Notes under the pieces: model-generated | What the model saw: only the letters and a program-made list of their open reading frames with translations | Told to the model about the DNA's origin: nothing | Database searches by the model: none | Position numbers and translations under genes: made by a program | Assembly (NCBI GenBank): GCA_965263355.1 | Contig: CBDHHL010000032.1 | Coordinates: 2,048,001 to 2,112,000 of the forward strand | Length of the DNA stretch: 64,000 bases | DNA from: Leptolyngbyaceae cyanobacterium | GTDB taxonomy: Bacteria > Cyanobacteriota > Cyanobacteriia > Phormidesmidales > Phormidesmidaceae | Reading direction: 5' to 3' | Shown here: positions 1 to 9,654 of the stretch, one piece after another | Layout: each line of letters starts with the position of its first letter | Position numbering within the stretch: position 1 is the stretch's first letter

Positions 1-2363
1 TTAGGGAAATCTAACGGCTGGCAGATACCGGTCGCCAGGTGATGGGCAATTGTCTCCTTATCAAGGGACAGAGGACGATTGTTCGCAGACGTATAAAATC
101 TAATATCGGACGGGTTTAGGGAAGGGACATGATTGAGGGCAAACAGATCAGGGTACGCTGACGCCATTGCTTCACAGTGAAGTACCAAGTTTGCTGGCGA
201 ACGGAATGATTCGCAGCCTAACGCAGCGATTACCCGCTGGCAGGCATCTGCCGTGCCGCCGATCACCACCTCTTGAGCCGTATTAATGTGGGTCAGATAA
301 ACATAGGGTTCCTGTTGTATACAGGTTTTTACTTCATCGGGAGACGCGAGTAACACATAGCTGCGCCAGCGCAAATCACTGGCATCAGGCCAATGGGATT
401 GAATGATATTTTGTGCCCCGGCCAATCGCGACTTAAATAACTGTGATTGATGGACAAACTCACTACCATAGTCTGCATTAGCCCACACATCTAGAGCATA
501 CATCATGGTACTCTCTCCCATGCTGTAACCAAATGCGGACTGGGGTTTGACCTTAAAGATCTTGTGAATAATTTCTGTGAATAATACCGAAAATCCAGTC
601 CCTGTTTCTAGCAGCACCAGTGGTAATTCATTCAGCTTTGCTTCTAGACCTTCCAGCTCACGCCGTGAGAGTCGTCGCTGACTTTTAGGATAAAGCTGTT
701 GTACTTGAAAAAAGGCTAACGGATTGGAGCTTAAGCGATCAGCCCGCTCAAATAGGGCAGGAAACCGATGAAACAACGTTTGTCCCATCCCCAGATAGGA
801 GTTAAAGGCACCAGGGTAAACAAATGCAACCCCTCCCCACTGTCCCTGGGGACGAGCGGTAAAGTAGCTACCCCCAGGACTTTTCCAGTCCTGACCCTGG
901 GCAAACGCCTGTTTGATCCCTAAACGAGCGCGGTGTATTTCTTTGTACAGTTTCTCTTTAGAACTACCTACTAGGACCACAGCGTAGGGCAATTGCGAAT
1001 TATCAGTTAGGCTTATTTGTTGTGCCAACGCCGCCAGGTTGTCGGTTGCCTCAAGCTGTTGTTCTAGCTGAGTTAATCGGACCATTAATGCTGATTGATC
1101 GGCAGCTGCGATCGCAAACAGTCCCAAAAAGGTAGTGGGTAAATTGGGTTTACACGGATGGTGGGCTTCACTTAGCAACAGATGACCGTAACAACTGTTG
1201 ACAGCGGCTCGTCGCGATAATTGTGGGCCAGCCACCAGCCAAGGGAGAGCCTTGGTGGCCACATAAAACGGACTGTTCTGCCAAAGGTCAGGCTGACGTG
1301 GGCTTTGCCACTGCGGTACTGGCGGTAAATATCGATGATACAGACACAACCCGGTATGAATTATCCCCAGTAAGTCGGCAACAGGTCCTGTATCTCCGAG
1401 ATTGGACTTAACACTACCCACAGCACAGGTCAACTCTGCTGGCTCTTGCCCATAGGCCTGGGCTAATCCGGTCAACTCAATATTGTCAAGGCTAGCATCA
1501 CCACTGGATACCAGCTCTATATAGTCAACAGCGGTTGACTCTACCCCAGTCTGTTGCATTACTTGCTGAACACGTCGGGCCACCATCTCAGCACTATTAA
1601 AAGAGGGGTGACAATGGGATGTTGCTTCAATTACCGCATAAATACGATCCCCCGATTGAATCGCCTTTTCATAGGATTTGAGCAGGATAGCGGCGGCACC
1701 TTCACCAGGGTAGTTTTCTTTGGCCGAGGCATCATAACTAAACGCAGCATCTCCCACTACGGCTGCACCACTGAGTAAATGGGAAGCACCAATGGCAACC
1801 GCCTCTACTTCACCAGCCGTCAACATTAATTGCGCTCGGTCAATGGCCTTAAAGGCAAAGTCATTCCCCGGCTCAAGGGTAAGGGCTGTGGAACGACACC
1901 CCCACAACTTGCCTAGTTTATAGGCCATAGGACTATGGGCCTGTTGGGGGGGGGTTATGGATTTCTGCTGACGTAATTCATCATGGTGAGACGCTTTTCC
2001 AGCTGCAACAGACACTACGGGTGCTAATGTTTCAACTGATTGCTGAATAGTCGAGTCTGGATAGATAACGGCTAATTTAGCCAGCCCATGGGAATTACTT
2101 TGACCCACAGCCCGATTAAGTACTGTCAGTAAAAGTAACTGTTGAGGATCAAGTTGTTCCAAATCCTTAGGGGGGATTTTTAGCTCAAATGCATCTATCT
2201 CAAAATCTTGCAAGTAAGCACCTGGAGGAATATCTGGCAATGTTTCTGGCCCAGGTGTCGAAAAATGTTGTTGACCTTCATAGCTACTTTGCAACAAGAT
2301 ATCAATACCTTGACAGGATCCAACAAAGGTTTCCATCCCTACAATTGCCAGTTTGATCGTCAT
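1..2363 (-). CDS. PfaB/HglC-like PKS component (degenerate KS + acyltransferase), 3' end runs off the window
   Basis: Absent from the ORF track because it has no stop in the window. Read by hand from ATG at 2363 with an AAGGAG RBS: MTIKLAIVGMETFVGSCQG...LDPQQLLLL (KS-like start). AT motifs AFVYPGAFNSYLGMG and FGYSMGE (~516-530). The KS catalytic Cys region reads EPGNDFAF instead of DxACxS. Confidence 0.85.
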   Translation of the reverse strand, partial: MTIKLAIVGMETFVGSCQGIDILLQSSYEGQQHFSTPGPETLPDIPPGAYLQDFEIDAFELKIPPKDLEQLDPQQLLLLTVLNRAVGQSNSHGLAKLAVIYPDSTIQQSVETLAPVVSVAAGKASHHDELRQQKSITPPQQAHSPMAYKLGKLWGCRSTALTLEPGNDFAFKAIDRAQLMLTAGEVEAVAIGASHLLSGAAVVGDAAFSYDASAKENYPGEGAAAILLKSYEKAIQSGDRIYAVIEATSHCHPSFNSAEMVARRVQQVMQQTGVESTAVDYIELVSSGDASLDNIELTGLAQAYGQEPAELTCAVGSVKSNLGDTGPVADLLGIIHTGLCLYHRYLPPVPQWQSPRQPDLWQNSPFYVATKALPWLVAGPQLSRRAAVNSCYGHLLLSEAHHPCKPNLPTTFLGLFAIAAADQSALMVRLTQLEQQLEATDNLAALAQQISLTDNSQLPYAVVLVGSSKEKLYKEIHRARLGIKQAFAQGQDWKSPGGSYFTARPQGQWGGVAFVYPGAFNSYLGMGQTLFHRFPALFERADRLSSNPLAFFQVQQLYPKSQRRLSRRELEGLEAKLNELPLVLLETGTGFSVLFTEIIHKIFKVKPQSAFGYSMGESTMMYALDVWANADYGSEFVHQSQLFKSRLAGAQNIIQSHWPDASDLRWRSYVLLASPDEVKTCIQQEPYVYLTHINTAQEVVIGGTADACQRVIAALGCESFRSPANLVLHCEAMASAYPDLFALNHVPSLNPSDIRFYTSANNRPLSLDKETIAHHLATGICQPLDFP

Positions 2364-2398
2364 TGACCCCAATCTCCTTTTATCTCTGATTTCTGGTC

Positions 2399-4168
2399 TT
2401 AACTGGCGAGTGCAACAGTCTTCGCGGAGTAGACATTTTCTAAGAATCGCTCCTTAAGACGGGGACTCTTCACAACCTGCATTTCTTCAACTTGTATACA
2501 CACCTCACCAGATGCATTACGAGCTGTGGCATTGGCCGTAACCGTACTATTATCTTCAGCCAAAATCTCAAGTGAAAGCTCAAATAGTTGATCGAACAGT
2601 AGAGGCTTAAACTGTTTTAAGCTTTTTAGCTGGGCGGGAAGGCTGGCCAAACCTCGCTGTTTTCTCACCCACACTAGCAAACCTTGGAAAAAGACATCAG
2701 CTGTGTAAGGATTAAAAGATTGCACCTGAAATTGCCCCTGTTGCCAGGGATCAAGGGTGGGTAAATAGCACTGACAGCGGAGCTGTTTTTCATCTAGCTC
2801 AAGTACGCTGCGGATACTTTGAAACGCTGGTTGATGAAAGAGAGTACCGTCTTGATAAAGAGAGGAGACGTCCATAGAGGGGTGCGATCGCACAGCGGCC
2901 ATCACAAATAGCGATTCTGAGGGTTGGGCCGCTGGATCTTTTAATAAACGCAAACGGGAGCGGTAGTGATACCGTGGCATTTTTCTGGCACTTTCACTCC
3001 AAACCACAGCTTCTAAGATAATAGTGTCTTTATCTGACTGTTTTTCAGTTAAGTCCAAGCGATAGAGCGGTGCCAGAGTCTCATCAAAGACAATTCCTTT
3101 AAGTACCTTAAAGTCCTGTACTTCAGCAAATCGATACCCTGGGTAACACTGCTCACCTAAATTAGCAATCCAGCCTAATCCACACATAGCCGGCAACACA
3201 GGTTGATGACCAATGACATGGTTCACAACAAATGGATTAGCCGCTAGAGTGATTTTGCGCTGTACTCGATGACTATAGTCATTTCCATAAGGACTCCCCG
3301 TCGGCAATGTAATCGGACGGCTCATAACGGTTAACTGTGGCTCCTTAGACTCTTCCCTGGCTAGTTCCGCAACCACCACCTTAGCTCCAAATTCAGGCGG
3401 GATAAGGGCCATATCGAGCTGTGCAAAATGTTGTTTTAGCTCAGCCGTAACCATGCCGCCATCCCAGGGACCCCAACCAATGGCCACCACTTTGCAATTG
3501 GGATAACGCTGCTGCAAGCGATGAGCCGATTTATTTAAGATCTCATTGGCCAAGGCATAATCTGCCTGACCAGCATTGCCATAAAGACCTACAAAGGATG
3601 AAAATAAGATCAAAAAATCTAGCTGCTCAGGCTCCACACTGCTCAGTAGATTATTTAACCCCGTCACCTTAGTATTATAGACTCGCTCAAAATCTTGCTC
3701 GGTTTTTTGTTCAATCCGTTTATCGGCTAAGGCCCCTGCTCCGTGAATAATGCCAGTGATCGGGCCTAGGGTTGCGATGGTCTTAGCAATAACCTGGCTA
3801 AGCGCCTCTCCATTGGTAACATCAACACTTATATATTCGGCTTTACCCCCTACTTTCTCAATCGCCTGGAGGGTGCCCATGATCTCTCGATAGGTTTTAA
3901 TAGCGCGATATTGTCGCTGCACAACTAGTGGTTTTGGCTTCTGGCCCTGGGCCAAAAGCACCTGCATAATTTGTCGTTTGAGTTCGGCTTCATCCTCCAA
4001 GCCTACTGCCCAGGCAGGTTCCCCTTGAGAAATTGACGAGCGCCCCAACAACACAAACTGACAGTGATATTGGCGAGCAAGTTCGATTACACATTGAGCA
4101 GTCACCCCCCGCGCACCACCGCTAACCATGATGACAGAGTTTGAGTGAATCTTTGTCGGCGTAGACAT
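2399..4168 (-). CDS. PKS ketoreductase (SDR) + dehydratase-like domain protein, HglG/PfaA C-terminal type
   Basis: SGGARGVTA NADPH motif, HGAGALAD, GQADYALANE catalytic Tyr, WGPWDGGM; DH motif HVIGHQPVLP. Confidence 0.9.
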   Translation of the reverse strand: MSTPTKIHSNSVIMVSGGARGVTAQCVIELARQYHCQFVLLGRSSISQGEPAWAVGLEDEAELKRQIMQVLLAQGQKPKPLVVQRQYRAIKTYREIMGTLQAIEKVGGKAEYISVDVTNGEALSQVIAKTIATLGPITGIIHGAGALADKRIEQKTEQDFERVYNTKVTGLNNLLSSVEPEQLDFLILFSSFVGLYGNAGQADYALANEILNKSAHRLQQRYPNCKVVAIGWGPWDGGMVTAELKQHFAQLDMALIPPEFGAKVVVAELAREESKEPQLTVMSRPITLPTGSPYGNDYSHRVQRKITLAANPFVVNHVIGHQPVLPAMCGLGWIANLGEQCYPGYRFAEVQDFKVLKGIVFDETLAPLYRLDLTEKQSDKDTIILEAVVWSESARKMPRYHYRSRLRLLKDPAAQPSESLFVMAAVRSHPSMDVSSLYQDGTLFHQPAFQSIRSVLELDEKQLRCQCYLPTLDPWQQGQFQVQSFNPYTADVFFQGLLVWVRKQRGLASLPAQLKSLKQFKPLLFDQLFELSLEILAEDNSTVTANATARNASGEVCIQVEEMQVVKSPRLKERFLENVYSAKTVALAS

Positions 4169-4301
4169 AATTTAGGTAACAGTAACAGCAGCTAAATAAA
4201 TTAGGAGCGAGGATTCAATAACTTCCAAGATTGTGGTAGCTCATGCATTGTCTTACTCACGTTTGAGTCAATGATTAAGCAATTTATTGGATCCTCGATA
4301 C

Positions 4302-4982
4302 TTAGGCAGTTGTGGCAAGACATGTCAGTGTTACACGCCCTAACTGTCCATAACCAACTTCACGGATAAACACATTAGGGTCATGTATTTCCGCAATCAG
4401 CGCGTTAGCAGCCTCAATGGACGAAAGCTCTGGGCTAACATCAATTGCTCGACAGAAAACCGTAGGCCATTCTAACCGCAGAGTTTTAGTGAGCCCAAAC
4501 AGGCCACCCCCCACTACTCGATAGGGTAATCTTCCTAAACCAAGTTCACCATCTAAGCGTGTCAAGGTAATAAAACTTCGTCGTTCTTGATGTTCAGACC
4601 GAGTCAAAAAGGGCTGCAGTTGTTTAGCCAAAAAGAATACGGCTTTAACCAAGCCCTTGTTTGAAACAGGTTCTTGAGGATGCAGATGAATAAAGGTATG
4701 GATAGTTCCATAGGCTTGCTCAATAGCCAACAGCTGTTGGCGTGTACGAGTCTCATCAGCGATATCTAAAGCCACCGATCTAACAGTCTTCGTATCAAGT
4801 GACGTGTTTCTCTTGACCAAATCCTCAGGAAGTGTTAGTACAACCACTGGCCACCCTTGATCACCCAGACGTTGAATAACTTGTGCTGTTAGCGGTGAAC
4901 CATCGTCAGTCACTAAACAGGCCCCTAAGTGAGGCAGTTGAAACTCCAGGTAATCAGGGGCAGGCAGTAGCATAGGTCTCAC
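4302..4982 (-). CDS. KR structural-subdomain segment; probably the frameshifted C-terminus of the 5009..8914 PKS
   Basis: TRLDGELG...GGLFGLTKTLRLEWP..CRAID motifs typical of HglE/PfaA C-termini; frame stays open upstream to the A10 run at 5036-5045; no clear RBS. Confidence 0.75.
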   Translation of the reverse strand: MRPMLLPAPDYLEFQLPHLGACLVTDDGSPLTAQVIQRLGDQGWPVVVLTLPEDLVKRNTSLDTKTVRSVALDIADETRTRQQLLAIEQAYGTIHTFIHLHPQEPVSNKGLVKAVFFLAKQLQPFLTRSEHQERRSFITLTRLDGELGLGRLPYRVVGGGLFGLTKTLRLEWPTVFCRAIDVSPELSSIEAANALIAEIHDPNVFIREVGYGQLGRVTLTCLATTA

Positions 4983-5008
4983 TGGATAACGTTTAAGCGA
5001 CGGATGGT

Positions 5009-8000
5009 CTAGAGAGAGAGCGCTGGCTCCACTGATTTTTTTTTTCCGAGCTGTTGTACTAAATAATCAACAATCTGTTGTAAAGTACGAAGTTCTCCCA
5101 GAGCCTCTGTGCTGAGTTTAGGTAGGTCAGTCAGAGTATCCTGCACTCGGCCCATAATCTCAACACGCTTAATCGAATCAATTCCTAAGTCAGCCTCCAA
5201 GTCCATATCCAGCTCTAGCATTTCTGCAGGGTAACCGGTTTTTTCACTGACGGATGCCAACAGAGTCTTGGCTACATCATCTTGCAGAGCCTTATTGTCA
5301 GGGGTATTACTCGGAGCGGTTGTTTCAACCGATGGCATTTCTGCTGCTGGAGCAACTGTCGGGCTAACAGCTACAGGAGGAGCAACTGGTGCGGGAGGAG
5401 CAGCTGGTGCGGGAGGGGTCACCGAGAACTCTGAAGGCGCAGTAAATTGGATAGAATCATTGCCTTCAGACACAGAGGGGTTTACTGCTAAAGGAAGCTC
5501 ATTATTCTGATTGACTGGATTTGGCTCCTTCGAAGCTGACTTAGCAGGAGCTAATGGGGCAGCAGCAGGAGGTACCGTTGGCAACTGTTGTAAAACATTT
5601 GTTGAACCAGGCAAACTACCCTGCTGTATCTGCTGGACTATCTGCAAAAAGGCTTGGGAACAGCCTGCCTGATCTTTGAGGTATTGTTCATGAACGCGAA
5701 GAATTTCAGACTGATGAGAACAAAATTGGGTTAATAGATTTTCGAATGTAGTACCTGATAAATCGCTGGTTTGGGAGTTAAAGTCTGTCATAGTTTCAGT
5801 GTTCAGAGAGTAACTATCAAAATCGTCATCAATCAATGGGTCTGCGACAGATATAGGAACTATTAGATCAGGCGCAGTTTGAGTCTCAGCTGGTGGCTTG
5901 GAAATCACCTCAGCTGCCTCTTCTACAACAGGTATATCTGCATTGTCTGCATTGGGTGCATTGTCTGCATTGGGTGAAACATTGGACAAATTAACTTGAT
6001 GATTATCCAATAAGGCCTCTGCAAATTTCTGCTTAGTCTTATCGCTAACATAGTTGTTGCCATTTAAGGGAATGGACAACCGTGCTTTTTTAGTCGTTTT
6101 AGGTAATGGTGGATCAAGCTGGTAAAAATCAATGTTTTTCAATGGCAATCCAGCTACCTGCAACTGTACCACCGCTTGTCTTAACTGCAAATCACTATCT
6201 TTCTGACGACTGGGATTTAAGGCAACCGCAAAATGAGGACGGTCACCTAAAATACTTTCCACCAACCCTGTCAGAATACGACGGGGGCCAATCTCAATAA
6301 AACAGTCTCCACCTTGGGCATAGATATTCTCAATTTCCTGCTCAAACCGAACGGGCTTTATCAAGTGTTCCTTCAAGATTGCCTTGATTGCCTCAGGCTC
6401 TGCTGGATAGGCTTCGCCAGTTGTATTTGAATAGACTGGGATTGTTGGTGACTTAAATGTAATTGAGTCAATTGCTTCAGCTAATGGCTGACTGGCATGA
6501 CGAATAAATGGGGAATGGAACGCTGCAGAAACTGGCAAGAGCTTAACGTCATAACCACGGTTATTGAAAATTTGTTGTACAGCTGCAATTTCTGGCTTAC
6601 TACCCGATAAAACCACCTGGTTAGGGGCATTGTAATTGGCAATGATTACATGGGAAAGATTTTGAATTACAGCTTCAATTTCACTGATCTCTCCCATCAC
6701 TGACAGCATTGCACTGGCTTCACAGTGATGAGCCTGCGGTGATGGCGTCGCCATTGCCTCTCCCCGAGCTTTGACTAGCTCAAAATAATCCTCATCGCTA
6801 AGGACCTGAGCTGCCCATAGTGCAGTAATTTCACCAAAGCTATGCCCCGCCACAAAATTGGGTTGCAAATTGGCCTGTTGCAAAATTCTATACAGTCCAA
6901 CACTTAAGGCTCCAATGGCTGGCTGGGCATTACGAGTGCACTGTAGCGCCTCTGTTTCCTCTATTTCTAATGCGCTCTCAAAGGCTGGTCGTGGAAACAC
7001 AACCTGTGAGAGAGGGGATTGACCATCACGGATGAATAAATCATCCATACGCTTGTAGGCTTGATGCACCGGTGGAAAATCAATCGCTAGCTTGCGCCCC
7101 ATATTGAGATATTGTGAGCCCTGACCAGGAAACAGAGCAACCACCCGACCGTTAAGCTGCATTCCCTGTTTGCGATAGTAAAGCCCTCTTGGGTGCTCCC
7201 ATTTCTCTGATTGTGCTTGCCTGTCTAAAAGTTGTACACCAATCTCCAAAAGCTCTTTAAGTTCATCGATGGAATTAATAACCATACCCATGCGGGCTGC
7301 TTCTGTTGGGACCGCAGTCGTCTTGTAGGCAATGACTAAATTCCGATAAACAGTGTCAGCATCCTGATTTTTAAGTTCATATAAGACAGCCTTGCATTTA
7401 TCTTTTAGCTGACTATGATCATCCCCCCATAGCAAAATTGCCTGTGGCACCGAATGTAATCGATAGGCACAGCTGTGAACATGGTCATATTCTTCTAAAA
7501 CAATATGATAGTTTGTTCCACCAAACCCGAACGAACTAACACCTGCTCGGCGTAATGAATCTCCTTCTTGAATCCAGGGTTTCACCTCAGTATTAATGTA
7601 AAAGGGTGAATCTTCGATTTCAAATTTAGGATTAGGCTTAAACACGTTAATGGTCGGAGGCAGAATCTTGTGATGTAGGGATAATACCGCCTTGATTAAA
7701 CTCGCTGAGCCCGCTGCTGCCTTAGTATGGCCAATTTGAGACTTTACACTGCCTAAAGCAATGTATTGCTTTTTAGGATTGTTTTCGCCAAATATTGTTT
7801 TGAGCGATGTAAATTCACAAAGATCGCCTCGCGGAGTTCCGGTGCCATGGGCTTCCATCAAACCAACAGTCGATGGAGAAAACCCTGCATCCTCATAGGC
7901 ACGTCGAAGGGCCAACATTTGCCCTTCAGGTCGAGGCGCATAGATGCTTTTGTAGCGACCATCACTAGATGTCCCAACACCTTTGACAACGGCATAGATA

Positions 8001-8914
8001 CGATCGCCATCCCGTTCGGCATCGTCTAAACGCTTAAGCACCATCATGCCAATGCCTTCACCCACCATCATGCCGTCGGAATCAGCATCAAATGGACTGA
8101 GATGGTCTCGTTTAGAAAAAGCGGGTGTTTTGCTAAAGCACATGTAGTTGAGGATAGAATTATCCGTATCTACTCCACCCGTAATCATTAAATCGCAGCG
8201 TCGCTCGATCAGCTCACCCACAGCCATTTTGAAGGCACTTAGTGAGCTGGCACAAGCAGCGTCGACCGTGCAATTAGTCCCGCCTAAGTCCAATCGATTT
8301 GTAATTCGTCCAGCAACCACATTGGTTAACATGCCAGGGAACGAATTTTCTTGCCAGGGAACGTAAGCAAGCTTGATTTTTTCGATGATCCTGTCACTGT
8401 CCTCGTCGGAAAGTCCACTACTTTTAAGGACCTTTTTCCAAATGGGATACTGGAGTCGGCTGGTTAGTGGTGTGATCATTTTCCAAAGACCACTGGCCCC
8501 TAAAACCACTCCAGTTGTTTCTCGATTAAACTCCCGCGATTCGCTATAGCCAGCATCGTCTAATGCAGCCTTAGCGACAATTAAAGACAGTAATTGAGCT
8601 GAATCGATAGCTTCTAGACTATCAGGGGGCAATCCAAACTCAAGCGGATCAAAATTAACAGTGGGAAGAAAACCACCTCGACGCGAATAGGTTTTATCGG
8701 CAGCTGCTGGATCTGAATCATAGTACTCTGCTGTGTCCCAGCAGGACTTTGGAACATCAGTAATACAGTCTTTCTTATTGATAATGTTGCACCAGTATTC
8801 CTGCAGATCACGCGCTCCAGGGAATAAAGAGGCCATACCAATAATGGCAATAGGAATACGCTGAAGCTGGCAGTGCCATTCAGTTCGCCCTTGATATGTC
8901 ACTTCGTGTTTCAT
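5009..8914 (-). CDS. Iterative type I PKS, PfaA/HglE-like (KS-AT-linker-ACP)
   Basis: KS triad DAACASS, EAHGTGT, GHTKAAAG; AT FPGQGSQ and GHSFG; one ACP with LGIDSIKRVE; Pro/Ala-rich linker. Confidence 0.93.
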   Translation of the reverse strand: MKHEVTYQGRTEWHCQLQRIPIAIIGMASLFPGARDLQEYWCNIINKKDCITDVPKSCWDTAEYYDSDPAAADKTYSRRGGFLPTVNFDPLEFGLPPDSLEAIDSAQLLSLIVAKAALDDAGYSESREFNRETTGVVLGASGLWKMITPLTSRLQYPIWKKVLKSSGLSDEDSDRIIEKIKLAYVPWQENSFPGMLTNVVAGRITNRLDLGGTNCTVDAACASSLSAFKMAVGELIERRCDLMITGGVDTDNSILNYMCFSKTPAFSKRDHLSPFDADSDGMMVGEGIGMMVLKRLDDAERDGDRIYAVVKGVGTSSDGRYKSIYAPRPEGQMLALRRAYEDAGFSPSTVGLMEAHGTGTPRGDLCEFTSLKTIFGENNPKKQYIALGSVKSQIGHTKAAAGSASLIKAVLSLHHKILPPTINVFKPNPKFEIEDSPFYINTEVKPWIQEGDSLRRAGVSSFGFGGTNYHIVLEEYDHVHSCAYRLHSVPQAILLWGDDHSQLKDKCKAVLYELKNQDADTVYRNLVIAYKTTAVPTEAARMGMVINSIDELKELLEIGVQLLDRQAQSEKWEHPRGLYYRKQGMQLNGRVVALFPGQGSQYLNMGRKLAIDFPPVHQAYKRMDDLFIRDGQSPLSQVVFPRPAFESALEIEETEALQCTRNAQPAIGALSVGLYRILQQANLQPNFVAGHSFGEITALWAAQVLSDEDYFELVKARGEAMATPSPQAHHCEASAMLSVMGEISEIEAVIQNLSHVIIANYNAPNQVVLSGSKPEIAAVQQIFNNRGYDVKLLPVSAAFHSPFIRHASQPLAEAIDSITFKSPTIPVYSNTTGEAYPAEPEAIKAILKEHLIKPVRFEQEIENIYAQGGDCFIEIGPRRILTGLVESILGDRPHFAVALNPSRQKDSDLQLRQAVVQLQVAGLPLKNIDFYQLDPPLPKTTKKARLSIPLNGNNYVSDKTKQKFAEALLDNHQVNLSNVSPNADNAPNADNADIPVVEEAAEVISKPPAETQTAPDLIVPISVADPLIDDDFDSYSLNTETMTDFNSQTSDLSGTTFENLLTQFCSHQSEILRVHEQYLKDQAGCSQAFLQIVQQIQQGSLPGSTNVLQQLPTVPPAAAPLAPAKSASKEPNPVNQNNELPLAVNPSVSEGNDSIQFTAPSEFSVTPPAPAAPPAPVAPPVAVSPTVAPAAEMPSVETTAPSNTPDNKALQDDVAKTLLASVSEKTGYPAEMLELDMDLEADLGIDSIKRVEIMGRVQDTLTDLPKLSTEALGELRTLQQIVDYLVQQLGKKKSVEPALSL

Positions 8915-9251
8915 CGGCTCTATTCAACTCGCTACGAAAAGATTTTCTAAACTCAGCAGCTAGATATATCTATTGCCCTTGAATACAATCACTTAGCCAA
9001 AAACAAGAGAATACCTGTGGACGTACGTGTGCCCCATCTAAAATGCTCACAGGATATAAGCCTTTAGATTCAGAGAGATTGAGATATTTGCCCCTATCTC
9101 CATTGCCGCTTTGGAAGGCTCTCATATGAAAGCCTCCTACACTGCTGGCTCTGCTGGAAGATACCTTTACTCCAAGAGATTGCCTTAAAAGGCTTAGATT
9201 GCCTTAAAAGACTTAAATTCCAGTAGCTAATGGCATCAGAGTACGGATTTT

Positions 9252-9274
9252 AAAGTCCAAAAAAGCTGGACTTT
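9252..9274. promoter_or_regulatory. Palindromic candidate operator AAAGTCCA-N7-TGGACTTT upstream of the PKS operon
   Basis: Perfect 8-bp inverted repeat; a matching TTTTTTGGACTTTG half-site lies at ~13988-14001. Confidence 0.35.
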
Positions 9275-9654
9275 GACAAGTTGCTATAGGGCATCTGAGC
9301 TAATCAATAACGGCAAAAACAATGGCTAAAAACTTACCTCTGCCTCTTCAGACTCAACAACTTATCAAGTAAGTAACGATTCCAGAGACATTTAGAGTAC
9401 ATCGGATTTAGACCACGCTCTGGACGTGTTAGCTAAACCGAGAGTTACCCAGAAAATCGTTTTTCGATTAAAACAATATTAAATAAAGAGTGTTGCGTAC
9501 ATGTTTGTAAGTAACATGATTACTTTATAAGGATTTCTTTAAAGCAACAATGACCTATCTTTAGGTAAACATGGATTTTTCTTAGGGCACCCCTATGTAT
9601 TCGGGAACCATTGGAAAACTAGCGATTCTCCCATAGTTTCCGAAGTATTTGGGG

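Noticed and set aside
1223..1778. Plus-strand ORFs 1223..1411 and 1554..1778
   Set aside because: Antisense to the PfaB-like gene
9176..9219. 19-bp direct repeat AGATTGCCTTAAAAG(G/A)CTT as part of the RTCTY-N5-RAGAY system
   Set aside because: Simple tandem duplication without the N5 palindrome geometry
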